DNA from: Mycolicibacterium smegmatis | Lineage (GTDB): Bacteria; Actinomycetota; Actinomycetes; Mycobacteriales; Mycobacteriaceae | Direction of reading: 5' to 3' | DNA length: 32,000 nucleotides | Assembly (NCBI RefSeq): GCF_001457595.1 | Contig: NZ_LN831039.1 | Span: 5,940,001 to 5,972,000 of the forward strand | Part shown: one piece after another, positions 17,092 through 28,407 of the stretch | Position numbering within the stretch: position 1 is the stretch's first letter | Layout: every line of letters starts with the position of its first letter | Notes under the pieces: model-generated | Seen by the model: only the letters and a program-made list of their open reading frames with translations | The model's database searches: none | What the model was told of the DNA's origin: nothing | Program-made: the position numbers and the translations under genes

Positions 17092-17256
17092 ATGCCTGCG
17101 AAAACTGATCCCGCCGATCTCGGCGACGTGGAACCGCTAGCCGACGACACCGCCAGCCAGGCGCGCCGGGTGGTCGCCACCTACGCGACCGACGCCGACG
17201 AATGCCGCATGTTCCTGTCGATGCTCGGTATTGGGCCCTCGAAGACCGAGGTCTAG
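17092..17256 (+). CDS. Conserved small protein (54 aa), Rv3489-like by position and size
   Basis: MPAKTDPADLGDVEPLADDTASQARRVVATYATDADECRMFLSMLGIGPSKTEV. Its TAG stop directly abuts the otsA ATG. Confidence 0.75.
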   Translation: MPAKTDPADLGDVEPLADDTASQARRVVATYATDADECRMFLSMLGIGPSKTEV

Positions 17257-18764
<1,508 letters not shown>

Positions 18765-18768
<4 letters not shown>

Positions 18769-19250
18769 ATCGGCTTGATGGCGTCGATCAGCCACTTGCC
18801 GTCGACCTTGCGGTACTCGACGCGCAGCCGGCTGCCGTCGTAGAGCGGCTGGCGCGACTTGTCGGTGACCGTGCGGTTCATGTACACCAGCACCGATCCG
18901 GTGTCGCGCTGCGCGGCCTCGACGCCGACGCCGACGATGTTGATCTGCACCACGAGCTCGCGCTTGCGGGCCTCCGGGATCACCTTCTGCTGGGCGTCGC
19001 TCTCGAACTGCTGCCGGAAACCGGGCGTGAGCAGCGGATAGGTCTCCATCAGGCTGCGCTCGACGGTCTGGTAGTCGTACCCGAACACCCGAGGGATCTG
19101 CTCGATCGCCAGCGACGGCAGTTCGGCGCGCGTCGCCTCCTGCCCGCGCTGCTGCACGCGGCTCCAGTACATCGCCCCACCCAGCGCCGACAGCGCGATG
19201 AAGGCCACGGCAAGGACACCGACCAGCGCCCCGACGAGCTTGGAGCGCAT
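18765..19250 (-). CDS. Mce-associated membrane protein (Rv3492c-like)
   Basis: Single N-terminal [29 protein letters not shown]...[20 protein letters not shown]; operonic with mce4F. Confidence 0.85.
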
Positions 19251-19954
19251 CAGTTACCCCCGTCCGGGTACTTCAGGTCGTACCCGGTCATGTGTCCGTT
19301 GTCGTCCTCGTGCACGATCACCCGCAGCCGGTACGGCTTGGTGGGCGCGTTGACCCCGTCGATGTCGGTCACGGTCACCCACACCGAGATCAGCACCGAC
19401 GCGTTCTTCGCGATCTCGTCGATCTTCTCCAGCGCCGCACCGTTGACGACAGCCTCCGAGCTCGCCTGGGTGTCGCGGAACAGCGCCTTGAGGTTGTCGG
19501 CGTTGTTGCCCTGGCTCATCATGTCGCGCAGCGGCCCGCTGGTGCCGTCGATGAAGCGGTTCACGCTCTCGTCGATGGTGTCCTGCGTGTAGCTGAACAT
19601 GTTGACCACGGTCTGCTTGGCCGTGTCCACGAAGCGCTGGTCACGCTCCTGGGCCGCCTCGTAGGTGCGCTGCTGGTCGACCAGGACGTACGTCAGCCCG
19701 CCGACCACGGCGGTTCCCACGGCCAGCACCACGGCCGCAACGATCGCGACGAGCCTGCGGTGCGGCCTGCGCCGCGCCACCCTGGCCGGCTTCAGCTTGG
19801 GCGCCGGTCGCGGTGCGGGCGAGGTCGACTCGGCCCGCACCTCTGGCGCCGGGGTGGTGGTGTCCAGCGGCTCACTGCTCACGGGCCCCGCCGGGCGTGA
19901 CGCACGGCGGCGCACCGGCCTCGAACTGTCTAAGGCCGTTCTTTCGGTCATCAA
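19250..19954 (-). CDS. Mce-associated membrane protein (Rv3493c-like)
   Basis: Pro/Arg-rich cytosolic N-terminus, then a TM segment, QRFVDTAKQTVVNMFSYTQDTIDESVNRFIDGTSGPLR; 4-bp overlap with mce4F. Confidence 0.87.
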   Translation of the reverse strand: MMTERTALDSSRPVRRRASRPAGPVSSEPLDTTTPAPEVRAESTSPAPRPAPKLKPARVARRRPHRRLVAIVAAVVLAVGTAVVGGLTYVLVDQQRTYEAAQERDQRFVDTAKQTVVNMFSYTQDTIDESVNRFIDGTSGPLRDMMSQGNNADNLKALFRDTQASSEAVVNGAALEKIDEIAKNASVLISVWVTVTDIDGVNAPTKPYRLRVIVHEDDNGHMTGYDLKYPDGGN

Positions 19955-21645
19955 GCCTGCCTTGGATCCAGCATCAGGTCTACCCAGGTCTCCGCCGGTG
20001 CGATCGCATCGGCACCCGCGTACACACCGGTGCCTCCGTCGGCGTCAGCGAAGACCCCACTGTGCTGATCGTAGGTGCCGATCCCGGCGGGGGCCGCCAG
20101 CGGGGCTTCGGCGGGCAGTGCCCCCTCCGGTGCGGGCGGCGCCGGTGGTGGCGGTGCCGGGGTCCCCGCAGGCGGCGGAGGCGTGCGGCCGTACGGCGGC
20201 ACGATCTGATCCGGCGGTGCGTAGTACGGCAGCGGTGGAGGCGGCGGTCCCACCGTGTTCGGCGGCACCGGCAGCGGGAACGGCGCGTGCGGCGCGGGCC
20301 CGGGTCCCGGCTCGACGCCGGGCGGCAACTGCACCACCGGCGGACCCGGATCCGGGTCGACCTGCGGCGGGATCATCGGGAACTTGTTGGGTGGCAGGAT
20401 GTTCCGGCCGTCCTCAATCGGCTGGCCGTACGGGACCGGCGGACCGCGCCACGGGTTGCTGCCGATCGGCACGTAACCGTTGGGGTCACGGCACAACTGC
20501 ACCGTCGGTGCGCGCTTGCCGGGGAACTCCTGGCACGGGTAGTTGCGCGCGCCGCGCACCACGGCCGGATCGTTCTGCGCGGTCTTGCAGTACAGGTCCG
20601 TCGGCAGGTCGCGCACCGTGGTGTCGGCGGGCGAGCGGATCTCGGTCGCGGGGAGGAAGCCCACCGAGCACGGCGGCGGATCGCCGAGGTCGATCTTGAA
20701 GTCCAGCTTGCCGCCCTCGTCGCTGGGCACGCCGCCCGCCACGGTGTTCAGTGCGGCCATCAGGGCCGGGAAGATCACCAGCGCCTGCTCGAGGGACTTG
20801 CTGTAGATGACGCCGATACGCCCGAAGTTGGCCAGGTTGGCGGCCAGGATCGGGAACGACGGGCGGATGCCGGAGAACGCCGTGTCGGCCGCCTCGGTGG
20901 TACCGGGTGCGGTGCGCAGCGTCGTGCGCAACTGGGGATCGGCGTTGTTGACCTCGCCGGTGAGACGTGCGAGACCGTCGGCCAGAGACCGGATGTCGTC
21001 ACCGCTGCGCAGCTGCGCCTCCAGGAACGGCCCGGCCTGGTCGATGAGCTGGGAGGTCTGCGGAAAGTTCGCGTTGGCCTCGTCGATCAGCAGGCGTGAC
21101 GACTCGATCAGGCGCGCGAGCTCCGGTCCGGATCCGTTGAACGCCTTGAACGTCTCACGCAGCAGATCCTGTAGGCGCGTGTTGCTGACGCTGCTGACCA
21201 GGGTGTCGGCCTCGTGCAGCAGGCCCGAGATGTCCTGGCCGACGCGCGTGTTCTCCTGAGCGATCGTCGCGCCGTTGCGCAGCTTGCCCACGTGCGTGTC
21301 GTCCGGCGGCACCAGGTCGATGTACTGCTCGCCCACGGCCGACACGCTCTTGACGGTGGCCGTGACGTTCTCGGGGATGGACGTGTTGCTGTTGAGCCGC
21401 ATCTTGGCGACCACACCGTCGGGAGCCAGGCCCACCGACTCGACCCGGCCCACCGTGACACCGCGGTAGGTGACGTTCGCGTTCGGGTAGATGCCGCCGC
21501 CGGCAACGAAATTCGCGTTGACGTGGTAGGTGCCGATGCCCACCGCGGCGGGCAACTGCAGGTAGAACAGCGAGATGGCGCCCACGGTGAAAACCGTGAC
21601 GATCGCGAAGATCGTCAACTGCAGGCGTGTCAGCCGGTCGATCAT
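19951..21645 (-). CDS. mce4F: Mce family protein Mce4F
   Basis: N-terminal TM, MlaD/MCE domain NFVAGGGIYPNANVTYRGVTVGRVESVGL, proline-rich C-terminus; last MCE gene of the operon. Confidence 0.93.
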   Translation of the reverse strand: MIDRLTRLQLTIFAIVTVFTVGAISLFYLQLPAAVGIGTYHVNANFVAGGGIYPNANVTYRGVTVGRVESVGLAPDGVVAKMRLNSNTSIPENVTATVKSVSAVGEQYIDLVPPDDTHVGKLRNGATIAQENTRVGQDISGLLHEADTLVSSVSNTRLQDLLRETFKAFNGSGPELARLIESSRLLIDEANANFPQTSQLIDQAGPFLEAQLRSGDDIRSLADGLARLTGEVNNADPQLRTTLRTAPGTTEAADTAFSGIRPSFPILAANLANFGRIGVIYSKSLEQALVIFPALMAALNTVAGGVPSDEGGKLDFKIDLGDPPPCSVGFLPATEIRSPADTTVRDLPTDLYCKTAQNDPAVVRGARNYPCQEFPGKRAPTVQLCRDPNGYVPIGSNPWRGPPVPYGQPIEDGRNILPPNKFPMIPPQVDPDPGPPVVQLPPGVEPGPGPAPHAPFPLPVPPNTVGPPPPPLPYYAPPDQIVPPYGRTPPPPAGTPAPPPPAPPAPEGALPAEAPLAAPAGIGTYDQHSGVFADADGGTGVYAGADAIAPAETWVDLMLDPRQA

Positions 21646-22857
21646 CTACGGCCCCTCGTGCTGCGTCGCGGTCCCCGGCGGGATCTTGAACGGGTCGGCG
21701 GCCTGCCCGGACAGGTTGGCCAACGCCCCGGTGAGGAACTCCGGCGGGTTGAGCACCTCGGACATGTGCTTCATGTTCGGGTCGAATCCCGATGTCGTGA
21801 ACACCGATTCGCCTGTGCGGCGCAGCGTCAGGTCGAACGTCGCGAACACGTTCAGATAGTCGCCTCGGACCGCGTTGCGCAGGTACTTGTAGTGGAACGG
21901 GAACGTCGGCAGGAGCTCGAGGTCCTTGATCAGGTAGTCGACGTGGTCGTTGAGTTCCTTGACCACCGCGTACAGGTCCTTGAAGTCGGCCGCGAAGTCG
22001 TCCTTGGTCTCCGACAGGATCCGTGCGCCGACCTCGGCGAAGCTGCGCAGTGCGGTGAACGCGTCGACGATGTTGGTGCGGCTGTCGTTGAGCACCTTGA
22101 GCGCGGCGGGCAGCGTGTCGAGCGTGCGGCCCAGGCTGTCGCTGCTGCGCGCGAGGACCGACGCGAACCGGTTGAGCCCGTCGGCCGCGGCGATGATGTC
22201 GTCGGTCTGCGCGTCGAGCGACGCGGTCAGTTCGGCGAGGCGGGGCACCAAATCGGCGAAGCTGCCCGAACGGCCTGACACCGCGGCGTAGACCTCGTCG
22301 GTGATGTCCTGCAGCGCACCGAGATTGCCCTTGTTGACCACCACGCCCAGCGAGGACAGCACTTCCTCGGTGGTCGGGTAGCGACCTGCATCGTCCAGCG
22401 AGATGTTGGAGCCCTCACGCAGCTCACCCTGCGGTGGTTTGCCGACCGGTTCGAGCAGTTCGACGTGCTGCGAACCCAACAGCGAGGTCTGGGCAACGCG
22501 CGCAACGGCATTCGCGGGCAGCTTGACGTCACCGTCGAGCGACAACTGCACCGCTGCGTAGAACGTGCCGTCGGGGCGTTGCACGGCGTCGATGCCCGAG
22601 ACGCTGCCGACGGTCACGTCGTCGATCATCACCGGCGAGTTCTGCGGCAGCGTCGCGACGTCGGGCAACTGAACGGTGATCTTGAAGGATCCCGGTCCGT
22701 GGCCCGCCGTGCCCGGCATGTTGAGCGAGTTGAGACCACCGAACTGACAGCCCGCAAGCAGCACCGCGCCGCTGCCGATCGCCAGGGTGCGCACGCCCAG
22801 GCGGGTTCCCTTACGTCGCAAGGCCTTGTCCTTCGATTTCCCTCGTACAGTCGTCAT
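21646..22857 (-). CDS. mce4E: Mce family lipoprotein Mce4E (LprN)
   Basis: Lipobox VLLAGCQFG; MCE domain ITVQLPDVATLPQNSPVMIDDVTVGSV; position in operon. Confidence 0.93.
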   Translation of the reverse strand: MTTVRGKSKDKALRRKGTRLGVRTLAIGSGAVLLAGCQFGGLNSLNMPGTAGHGPGSFKITVQLPDVATLPQNSPVMIDDVTVGSVSGIDAVQRPDGTFYAAVQLSLDGDVKLPANAVARVAQTSLLGSQHVELLEPVGKPPQGELREGSNISLDDAGRYPTTEEVLSSLGVVVNKGNLGALQDITDEVYAAVSGRSGSFADLVPRLAELTASLDAQTDDIIAAADGLNRFASVLARSSDSLGRTLDTLPAALKVLNDSRTNIVDAFTALRSFAEVGARILSETKDDFAADFKDLYAVVKELNDHVDYLIKDLELLPTFPFHYKYLRNAVRGDYLNVFATFDLTLRRTGESVFTTSGFDPNMKHMSEVLNPPEFLTGALANLSGQAADPFKIPPGTATQHEGP

Positions 22858-24218
22858 CCGCCCGCACCTCCGGGAGCCTGCGCGGGGCCAGGCGCCGCGG
22901 CGGGGCCACCGTGTTCGGTGGCCGTGGCCGGGTCCGGCGGGACGATGAAGTCACTCAGGTTGGCATCGGCCGGGATCTGCGGCGGCGTGACACCGGGGGC
23001 GTTCTGCCACTGCAGGTACGGCACCGGGGTCTCGGCCTTGGCCTGGGTCTCCGGGGTGTCGTAGATGATCTGCCCCTTGTAGGCCGTGATGCTGTTGATC
23101 GGGTGGAACAACACCGGCGGATAGTTCATCGTGATGCGCTTGAGCACCGGCCCCATGCGCTGGCGGCAGATCTCGGCACGCTTGTAGTTCTCCGGGTTGG
23201 CGCCGGTGTCGAACGTGCCGCCGCAGATGAACTGCACCGGGTTGGCGAAGTTCGGCAGCGACAGCAGACCACCCACGGTGCCCTGCGCGGGGTTGTAGAT
23301 GTTGTAGAAGTTCGCCAGGCCGTTGGGCGTGACGTGCAGCAACTGCTCGATGTCCTCGCTGTGGTCGGTGAGGATCTGCGTGAAGTCGGCGAGCTTGCTC
23401 ACCTGCGCGATCAGCGAGTCGTTGCTCTCGTCGAGGAAGCCGCGCACGTCGGACAGCGCCTGGTTGAGCGTGTCGAGCGTGCTGTCGAGGCCGTTGGCGC
23501 TGTCGGCGAGCACCTGCGACACTGACGCGACGTGGTTGGTGAACTGCACGATCTGCTCATTGCTGTTGGACAGCGCGTCGACGAGGATCTGCAGGTTGCG
23601 CACGGTGCCGAACAGGTCGGTGCGCGAATCCCCCAGGCGTCCCGCGGTCTGCGAGAGTTCGCGCAGCGCATTGCGGAACGAGTCGCCGTTGCCGTCGAAC
23701 GTGTCGGCGGCCTGGTTGACGACCTGCGCCAGCGGGCCCTGCACGGAGCCCTCCTGCGGGCCCAGCTGCGACGAGAGCTGCGTGAGCTGTTCCTTGACCT
23801 GGTCCCACTCGACCGGGACCGCGGTGCGGTCCAGCCCGATCGAGGTGCCGTCGGCCATCTCGTCGCCCTCGGTGTAGGCCGGGGTGAGCTGGATGAACCT
23901 GGCGGCCACCAGGTTCGGCGCGATGATCAGCGCCTTGGCATCCGCGGGCACCTTGACGCCCCGGTCCAGCGTCATCTCGATCTTGACGTCCGACGGGCGC
24001 GGTTCGATCGAGTCGATCGTGCCGACGGGCACGCCGACCACACGCACCTGGTCGCCCGGGTACAGGCCGACGGCGTTGGTGAAATACGCCGTGAGCTTGA
24101 GACCGCCGCGCGACGGCCACACCTGGTAGATCCCGACGCCCAGGGTCACCAGCAGCAGCGCGGCCAGCGCGAGGCGCACCCAGCGGCCGCGGTTCGATGT
24201 CGAATTCGAATGTGTCAT
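22854..24218 (-). CDS. mce4D: Mce family protein Mce4D
   Basis: MCE domain LTAYFTNAVGLYPGDQVRVVGVPVGTIDSIEP, position in operon, Pro-rich C-terminus. Confidence 0.93.
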   Translation of the reverse strand: MTHSNSTSNRGRWVRLALAALLLVTLGVGIYQVWPSRGGLKLTAYFTNAVGLYPGDQVRVVGVPVGTIDSIEPRPSDVKIEMTLDRGVKVPADAKALIIAPNLVAARFIQLTPAYTEGDEMADGTSIGLDRTAVPVEWDQVKEQLTQLSSQLGPQEGSVQGPLAQVVNQAADTFDGNGDSFRNALRELSQTAGRLGDSRTDLFGTVRNLQILVDALSNSNEQIVQFTNHVASVSQVLADSANGLDSTLDTLNQALSDVRGFLDESNDSLIAQVSKLADFTQILTDHSEDIEQLLHVTPNGLANFYNIYNPAQGTVGGLLSLPNFANPVQFICGGTFDTGANPENYKRAEICRQRMGPVLKRITMNYPPVLFHPINSITAYKGQIIYDTPETQAKAETPVPYLQWQNAPGVTPPQIPADANLSDFIVPPDPATATEHGGPAAAPGPAQAPGGAGG

Positions 24219-25273
24219 GGCGACTTCGGCCTCACGATCGTGCGCTCGGCGATGTAGCCGCGCAGCATGTCGGCAAGGCTGTCCGGCAGCTTCCCGGGCT
24301 GGAAGTAGGTGTCCAGCAACACTTCCGAGATCGCCGCGGGCGGCAGGCCGTACAGGTTGATCTGGAAGCCCGGCCCGGAGCCAACGACCTCACCGAGTGC
24401 GGTGGCGTACGGCGGCAGGCGGCGCAGCGCCTCACCGATGTGCTCGCGGCGCTCCAGCAGGTTGTCCATCACGAGGTTGAGCTTGTCCAGCGCGGGTTTG
24501 AACTCGCGGCGGTTGTCGGCCACGAAGCCCGACAGCTGCCGCGACACGTCGTCGATGCCGTCGATCAGCGTGCTCAGCGCCTGCCTGCGCGCGTCGAGCG
24601 CGGCGAACAGCTGGTTGCCGTCGGTGATCAGCTGGTTGACCTGGCCGGCCCGCTGGGCCAGCAGGTCCGACACCCGCTTGGCGTGCTCGAGCAGCTGGCC
24701 GAGCGCCTCGTCGCGGCGGTTGATGCTGCGCGACAGGTTGGCCACGCCGTCGAGCGCGCTGCGCAGTTGCGGTGTGGCGTCGCGCAGCGTGTCGGTCAGC
24801 GTCTGCAGGGCCTGCTCGAAGCGCGGCTTGTCCAGCTCGCCGACATTTTGCCCGAGGTCCTGCAGCGCGGTGTTGAGCGTGTACGGAGTCGTGGTGCGCC
24901 CCAACGGGATCACCGACGGCGAGCCCGCACCCTTGGGCGTCACCGAGAGCGACTTCTGTCCCAGCACGGTGTCGGTCTTGATGGCCACCAGCGACTGGTC
25001 GCCCACCTTGATCTTGCGGTCGACGGTGAACGTGACCTTCGCGGCGTCGCCTGCGAGTTCCACGTCGGACACCTTGCCGACCGTGATACCCGAGACGTTG
25101 ACGTCGTTGCCGACCTCGATGCCGCCTGCGTCGGCGAAGTACGCCTCGTACGGCTTGCCCTGCGGGAAGAACGGCAGACCCGTGTAGCCGAAGGACACCA
25201 GCACCACCGCGGTCACCAGGACGATGCCGAAGATCCCGGTCCGCAGCGTCTTGTCGTCGCGCAGACTAGCCAT
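24215..25273 (-). CDS. mce4C: Mce family protein Mce4C
   Basis: MASLRDDKTLRTGIFGIVLV...YEAYFADAGGIEVGNDVNVSGITVGKVSDVEL. Confidence 0.93.
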   Translation of the reverse strand: MASLRDDKTLRTGIFGIVLVTAVVLVSFGYTGLPFFPQGKPYEAYFADAGGIEVGNDVNVSGITVGKVSDVELAGDAAKVTFTVDRKIKVGDQSLVAIKTDTVLGQKSLSVTPKGAGSPSVIPLGRTTTPYTLNTALQDLGQNVGELDKPRFEQALQTLTDTLRDATPQLRSALDGVANLSRSINRRDEALGQLLEHAKRVSDLLAQRAGQVNQLITDGNQLFAALDARRQALSTLIDGIDDVSRQLSGFVADNRREFKPALDKLNLVMDNLLERREHIGEALRRLPPYATALGEVVGSGPGFQINLYGLPPAAISEVLLDTYFQPGKLPDSLADMLRGYIAERTIVRPKSP

Positions 25274-26300
25274 TCTCCGAGCACCTCCCCTTGGACGGGT
25301 CCGGAGGACCGCCGAACGGAATCAATATGTCGCTGCCTGCCGGTCCGTTCACCTTCAGCCGGACCGAGCAGTAGAAGATGTTGAAGAACGAGCCGTACGC
25401 GCCGAGCGCGTTGAGCCGCAGGTAGTTCTCGGCGAGCGGCTCGATCACCTTGTTGATGTCGTCTTTGCGTTCGTCCATCCGTCCCGCCATGGGCCGGACG
25501 TTCTCGATGACGCCCTGCACCGGGCGGCGCGACTTCTCCAGCATCTCGGTCAGATCGGACTCGGCCGACGCGAGCGGTTCGATGGCGCCCGCGATGGGGT
25601 CCTTGTTCTCGGCGAGCCCGGTGATCAGCTGCTGCAACTGGTCGACGCTGGCGTCGAACTGTGCGCCCTTCTCGTCGACCGTGCCGAGCACGGTGTTGAG
25701 GTTGGCGATGACGTCGCTGATGAGCTGATCGCGCGCGGCGAGGTTCTGGGTGAACGCGCTGGTGCTGGTCAGCATGTTGGCCAGCGCACCGCCCTGTCCC
25801 TGCAGCATCTCGATGACCGCGTTGGACACCTCGTTGATCTTGGCGCCGTCGAGGCCCTTGAGCACGGGCCGCAGGCCGCCGAGCAGCGCGTCGAGATCCA
25901 GTGCGGGCTGGGTGTTCTGCAGCCCCAGCGTGCCGCCGGGCGCCAGCTTGCGCAGCTCACCCGGACCTGACGTGATCTCCAGGTAGCGGTCGCCGACGAG
26001 GTTCTCGTACCGCACCACCGCCCGGCTCGACGTGTAGAGCTGATACCGCTTGTTGACGTCGAACCCGACGTCGACGGTGTTGTCGGGGTTGAGTTTCACC
26101 GATTTCACGGTGCCGACGGGCACACCCGCGATGCGCACGTCCTGGCCGGCCTTCAGGCGCGAGGCTTCGCTGAACGTCGCGTGGTAGCTCTGGCCCGCGG
26201 CGAAACGGAACTCGCCGAACACCACCACGAGCCCGGCCGCCACCAGCAGCATCACCATGGTGAAGATGCCGACCTTGAGCATGGTCCTGTCGCGGTGCAT
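25266..26300 (-). CDS. mce4B: Mce family protein Mce4B
   Basis: YHATFSEASRLKAGQDVRIAGVPVGTVKSVKL MCE domain; position in operon. Confidence 0.93.
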   Translation of the reverse strand: MHRDRTMLKVGIFTMVMLLVAAGLVVVFGEFRFAAGQSYHATFSEASRLKAGQDVRIAGVPVGTVKSVKLNPDNTVDVGFDVNKRYQLYTSSRAVVRYENLVGDRYLEITSGPGELRKLAPGGTLGLQNTQPALDLDALLGGLRPVLKGLDGAKINEVSNAVIEMLQGQGGALANMLTSTSAFTQNLAARDQLISDVIANLNTVLGTVDEKGAQFDASVDQLQQLITGLAENKDPIAGAIEPLASAESDLTEMLEKSRRPVQGVIENVRPMAGRMDERKDDINKVIEPLAENYLRLNALGAYGSFFNIFYCSVRLKVNGPAGSDILIPFGGPPDPSKGRCSENG

Positions 26301-27503
26301 CTAGAAGTCGTCCCTTTCCGCGAACGCGCCGTTGAACAGGAACTGCAGCGTCGCGGGCGCGTCGAACTGCAGCTCGGTGTTCGGCTGGTACGGCACGTAG
26401 ACGTTGTCGGTGACCAGGAACGGCGAGCGGTACCAGCTGCCGCCGTACTGCTTGGACGGGACGTCGGGCAGGCCGCGGCAGTTGGGCCCGCCGGAGGCGT
26501 TCACGATCGGCAGGCTCTCGGGATAGGTGTATCCCGGTGACCCGGGCAGGAAGTTCGAGGCCACGTACAGGCCGGGGCGGATGCCGCCGATGATCGGCGC
26601 GAAGCGGTCCACCGCGTTGGCGGTGCCCTCCAGGATGCAGCCGAACTCCGGCGAGTAGTCCCCCGCGACCTTCAGCGGGGCGCGCAGACGCTGGACGGCC
26701 GCGATGTAGTCGTCGGCGGCGGGCTGCAGTGTCGCTGTGCCGTTGTTGGCCAGCCCCGTCGCGGCCAGCAGCGTGGCGTTGAGGTTGGCCTGCTCGTCGA
26801 TGATGGTCTGGTTCACCCCTGGCACGTTGTCGAGCACCTTGGCGATGTCGGGCCCGGCGTCGCCGTAGATGCCTGCGACCACCGCGGCCTTCGAGAAGTC
26901 GTCCTGCAGTGTGGGCAGCTTGGGGTTGAGCTGGCCCAGCAGTGTGTTGAGACCCGCAAGCGTCGCGCCGAGGTCGTCGCCGTGGCCGCGCAGACCCTCG
27001 CCCAGCGCGGTCAGCGTGCCGTTGAGGCTCACCGGGTCGATCTTGTCGAGCAGGTCCGACAGCGTCTGGAACAGCGTGTTGACCTCGAGTTGCACGTCCT
27101 GCGCGGGCACGCTGGTGCCCGGGCGCAGCGGCGTGTCCGTGGCCTTCTCGGGCGGCAGGAACTCGACCGACTTGGCGCCGAAGATCGTGTTGCCCGCGAT
27201 CCGCACGGTCGCGTTGGACGGGATGTACTGCATCTCGCCGCGCTTGAGTGACAGCGTCAGCTTCGCCTCGCGACCGGCGTACTCGATGTCGGTGACCTTG
27301 CCGATCTGGATGCCGCGGTACTTGACCTTGGCGTCACGTTCCATCACCAGGCCCGCGCGCGGTGCGGTGACCGTGACCTTGTCGGTCGGGGTGAACGCAG
27401 CTGTGTACGACAGGTAGGTGAAGACCACGGCCGCGAGCACGATCAGGGCCAGGATGGCAGCGGCGATCCGCACGTGGCTGCGTTTGGCGTTTCCGTTCGA
27501 CAT
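26301..27503 (-). CDS. mce4A: Mce family protein Mce4A
   Basis: FTPTDKVTVTAPRAGLVMERDAKVKYRGIQIGKVTDIEY; first MCE gene after yrbE4B. Confidence 0.94.
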   Translation of the reverse strand: MSNGNAKRSHVRIAAAILALIVLAAVVFTYLSYTAAFTPTDKVTVTAPRAGLVMERDAKVKYRGIQIGKVTDIEYAGREAKLTLSLKRGEMQYIPSNATVRIAGNTIFGAKSVEFLPPEKATDTPLRPGTSVPAQDVQLEVNTLFQTLSDLLDKIDPVSLNGTLTALGEGLRGHGDDLGATLAGLNTLLGQLNPKLPTLQDDFSKAAVVAGIYGDAGPDIAKVLDNVPGVNQTIIDEQANLNATLLAATGLANNGTATLQPAADDYIAAVQRLRAPLKVAGDYSPEFGCILEGTANAVDRFAPIIGGIRPGLYVASNFLPGSPGYTYPESLPIVNASGGPNCRGLPDVPSKQYGGSWYRSPFLVTDNVYVPYQPNTELQFDAPATLQFLFNGAFAERDDF

Positions 27504-27509
27504 CGTGTT

Positions 27510-28352
27510 CTACCCCGAGAGGTTGAAGTTGCCGGACGCGCCGTAGACGGCGAGTGAGATGAACAGGGTGATGGTGACGACGACGATGAGCGAGGTGCGC
27601 ACGGCTTGGCCCACCGCGATGCCCACACCGACCGGGCCGCCGGAGGCGTTGTACCCGTAGTAGGTGTGCACGAGCATGACGGCGATCGCCATCACGATGG
27701 CCTGCAGGAACGACCACAGCAGGTCGCTCGGTATCAGGAACGTGTTGAAGTAGTGGTCGTAGAGGCCCGCGGACTGCCCGTTGATGAACACCGTCGTGAA
27801 CCGCGCCGCGAAGAACGCCGCGAGCACCGAGAGCGAGTACAGCGGGACGATCGCGATCAGGCCTGCGAGAAGCCGCGTCGACACCAGATAGGACACGGCG
27901 TGCACGGCCATGGATTCGACGGCGTCGATCTCCTCGGCCACCCGCATGGCCCCGAGCTGGGCCGTGGCGCCCGCGCCGATCGTGGCGGCCAGCGCGATAC
28001 CCGCGATGACCGGCGCGACGATGCGCACGTTGAGGAAGGCCGACAGGAAGCCCGTGAGCGCCTCGATGCCGATGTTGCCCAGCGACGAGTAGCCCTGCAC
28101 CGCGATGACGCCGCCGGAGGCCAGCGTCAGGAACGCCGCGACACCGACAGTGCCGCCGATCATCACCAGGGCGCCCGCGCCCATGGTCATCTCGGCGACC
28201 AGGCGGATGGTCTCCTTGCGGTAGCGCGTGAAGGCGTTGGGCAGGTACCGCATGGTCTCGCCGTAGAACAGTGCCTGCTCGCCGACCGTGTCGACGGTCT
28301 TGGGCACGCCGCGGAACAGCCTGCGGAATCTGAGCGTGGCGTCGTAACTCAT
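27510..28352 (-). CDS. yrbE4B: MlaE/YrbE family permease YrbE4B
   Basis: MSYDATLRFRRLFRGVPKTVDTVGEQALFYGETMRYLPNA...GATAQLGAMRVAEEIDAVESM. The ORF extends to 28373. Confidence 0.95.
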   Translation of the reverse strand: MSYDATLRFRRLFRGVPKTVDTVGEQALFYGETMRYLPNAFTRYRKETIRLVAEMTMGAGALVMIGGTVGVAAFLTLASGGVIAVQGYSSLGNIGIEALTGFLSAFLNVRIVAPVIAGIALAATIGAGATAQLGAMRVAEEIDAVESMAVHAVSYLVSTRLLAGLIAIVPLYSLSVLAAFFAARFTTVFINGQSAGLYDHYFNTFLIPSDLLWSFLQAIVMAIAVMLVHTYYGYNASGGPVGVGIAVGQAVRTSLIVVVTITLFISLAVYGASGNFNLSG

Positions 28353-28407
28353 CGGCTTCTCTTTTTTGCGCAAGAAACCATCATCGCGCCTCCCGCGCCC
28401 GCACCCG

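Noticed and set aside
24197-25384. 395-aa plus-strand open frame antisense to mce4C (and similar long frames at 19665, 19813, 21214, 25224, 27606 and 28366)
   Set aside because: All are regular high-GC antisense shadows of strongly supported mce4/yrbE4 genes.
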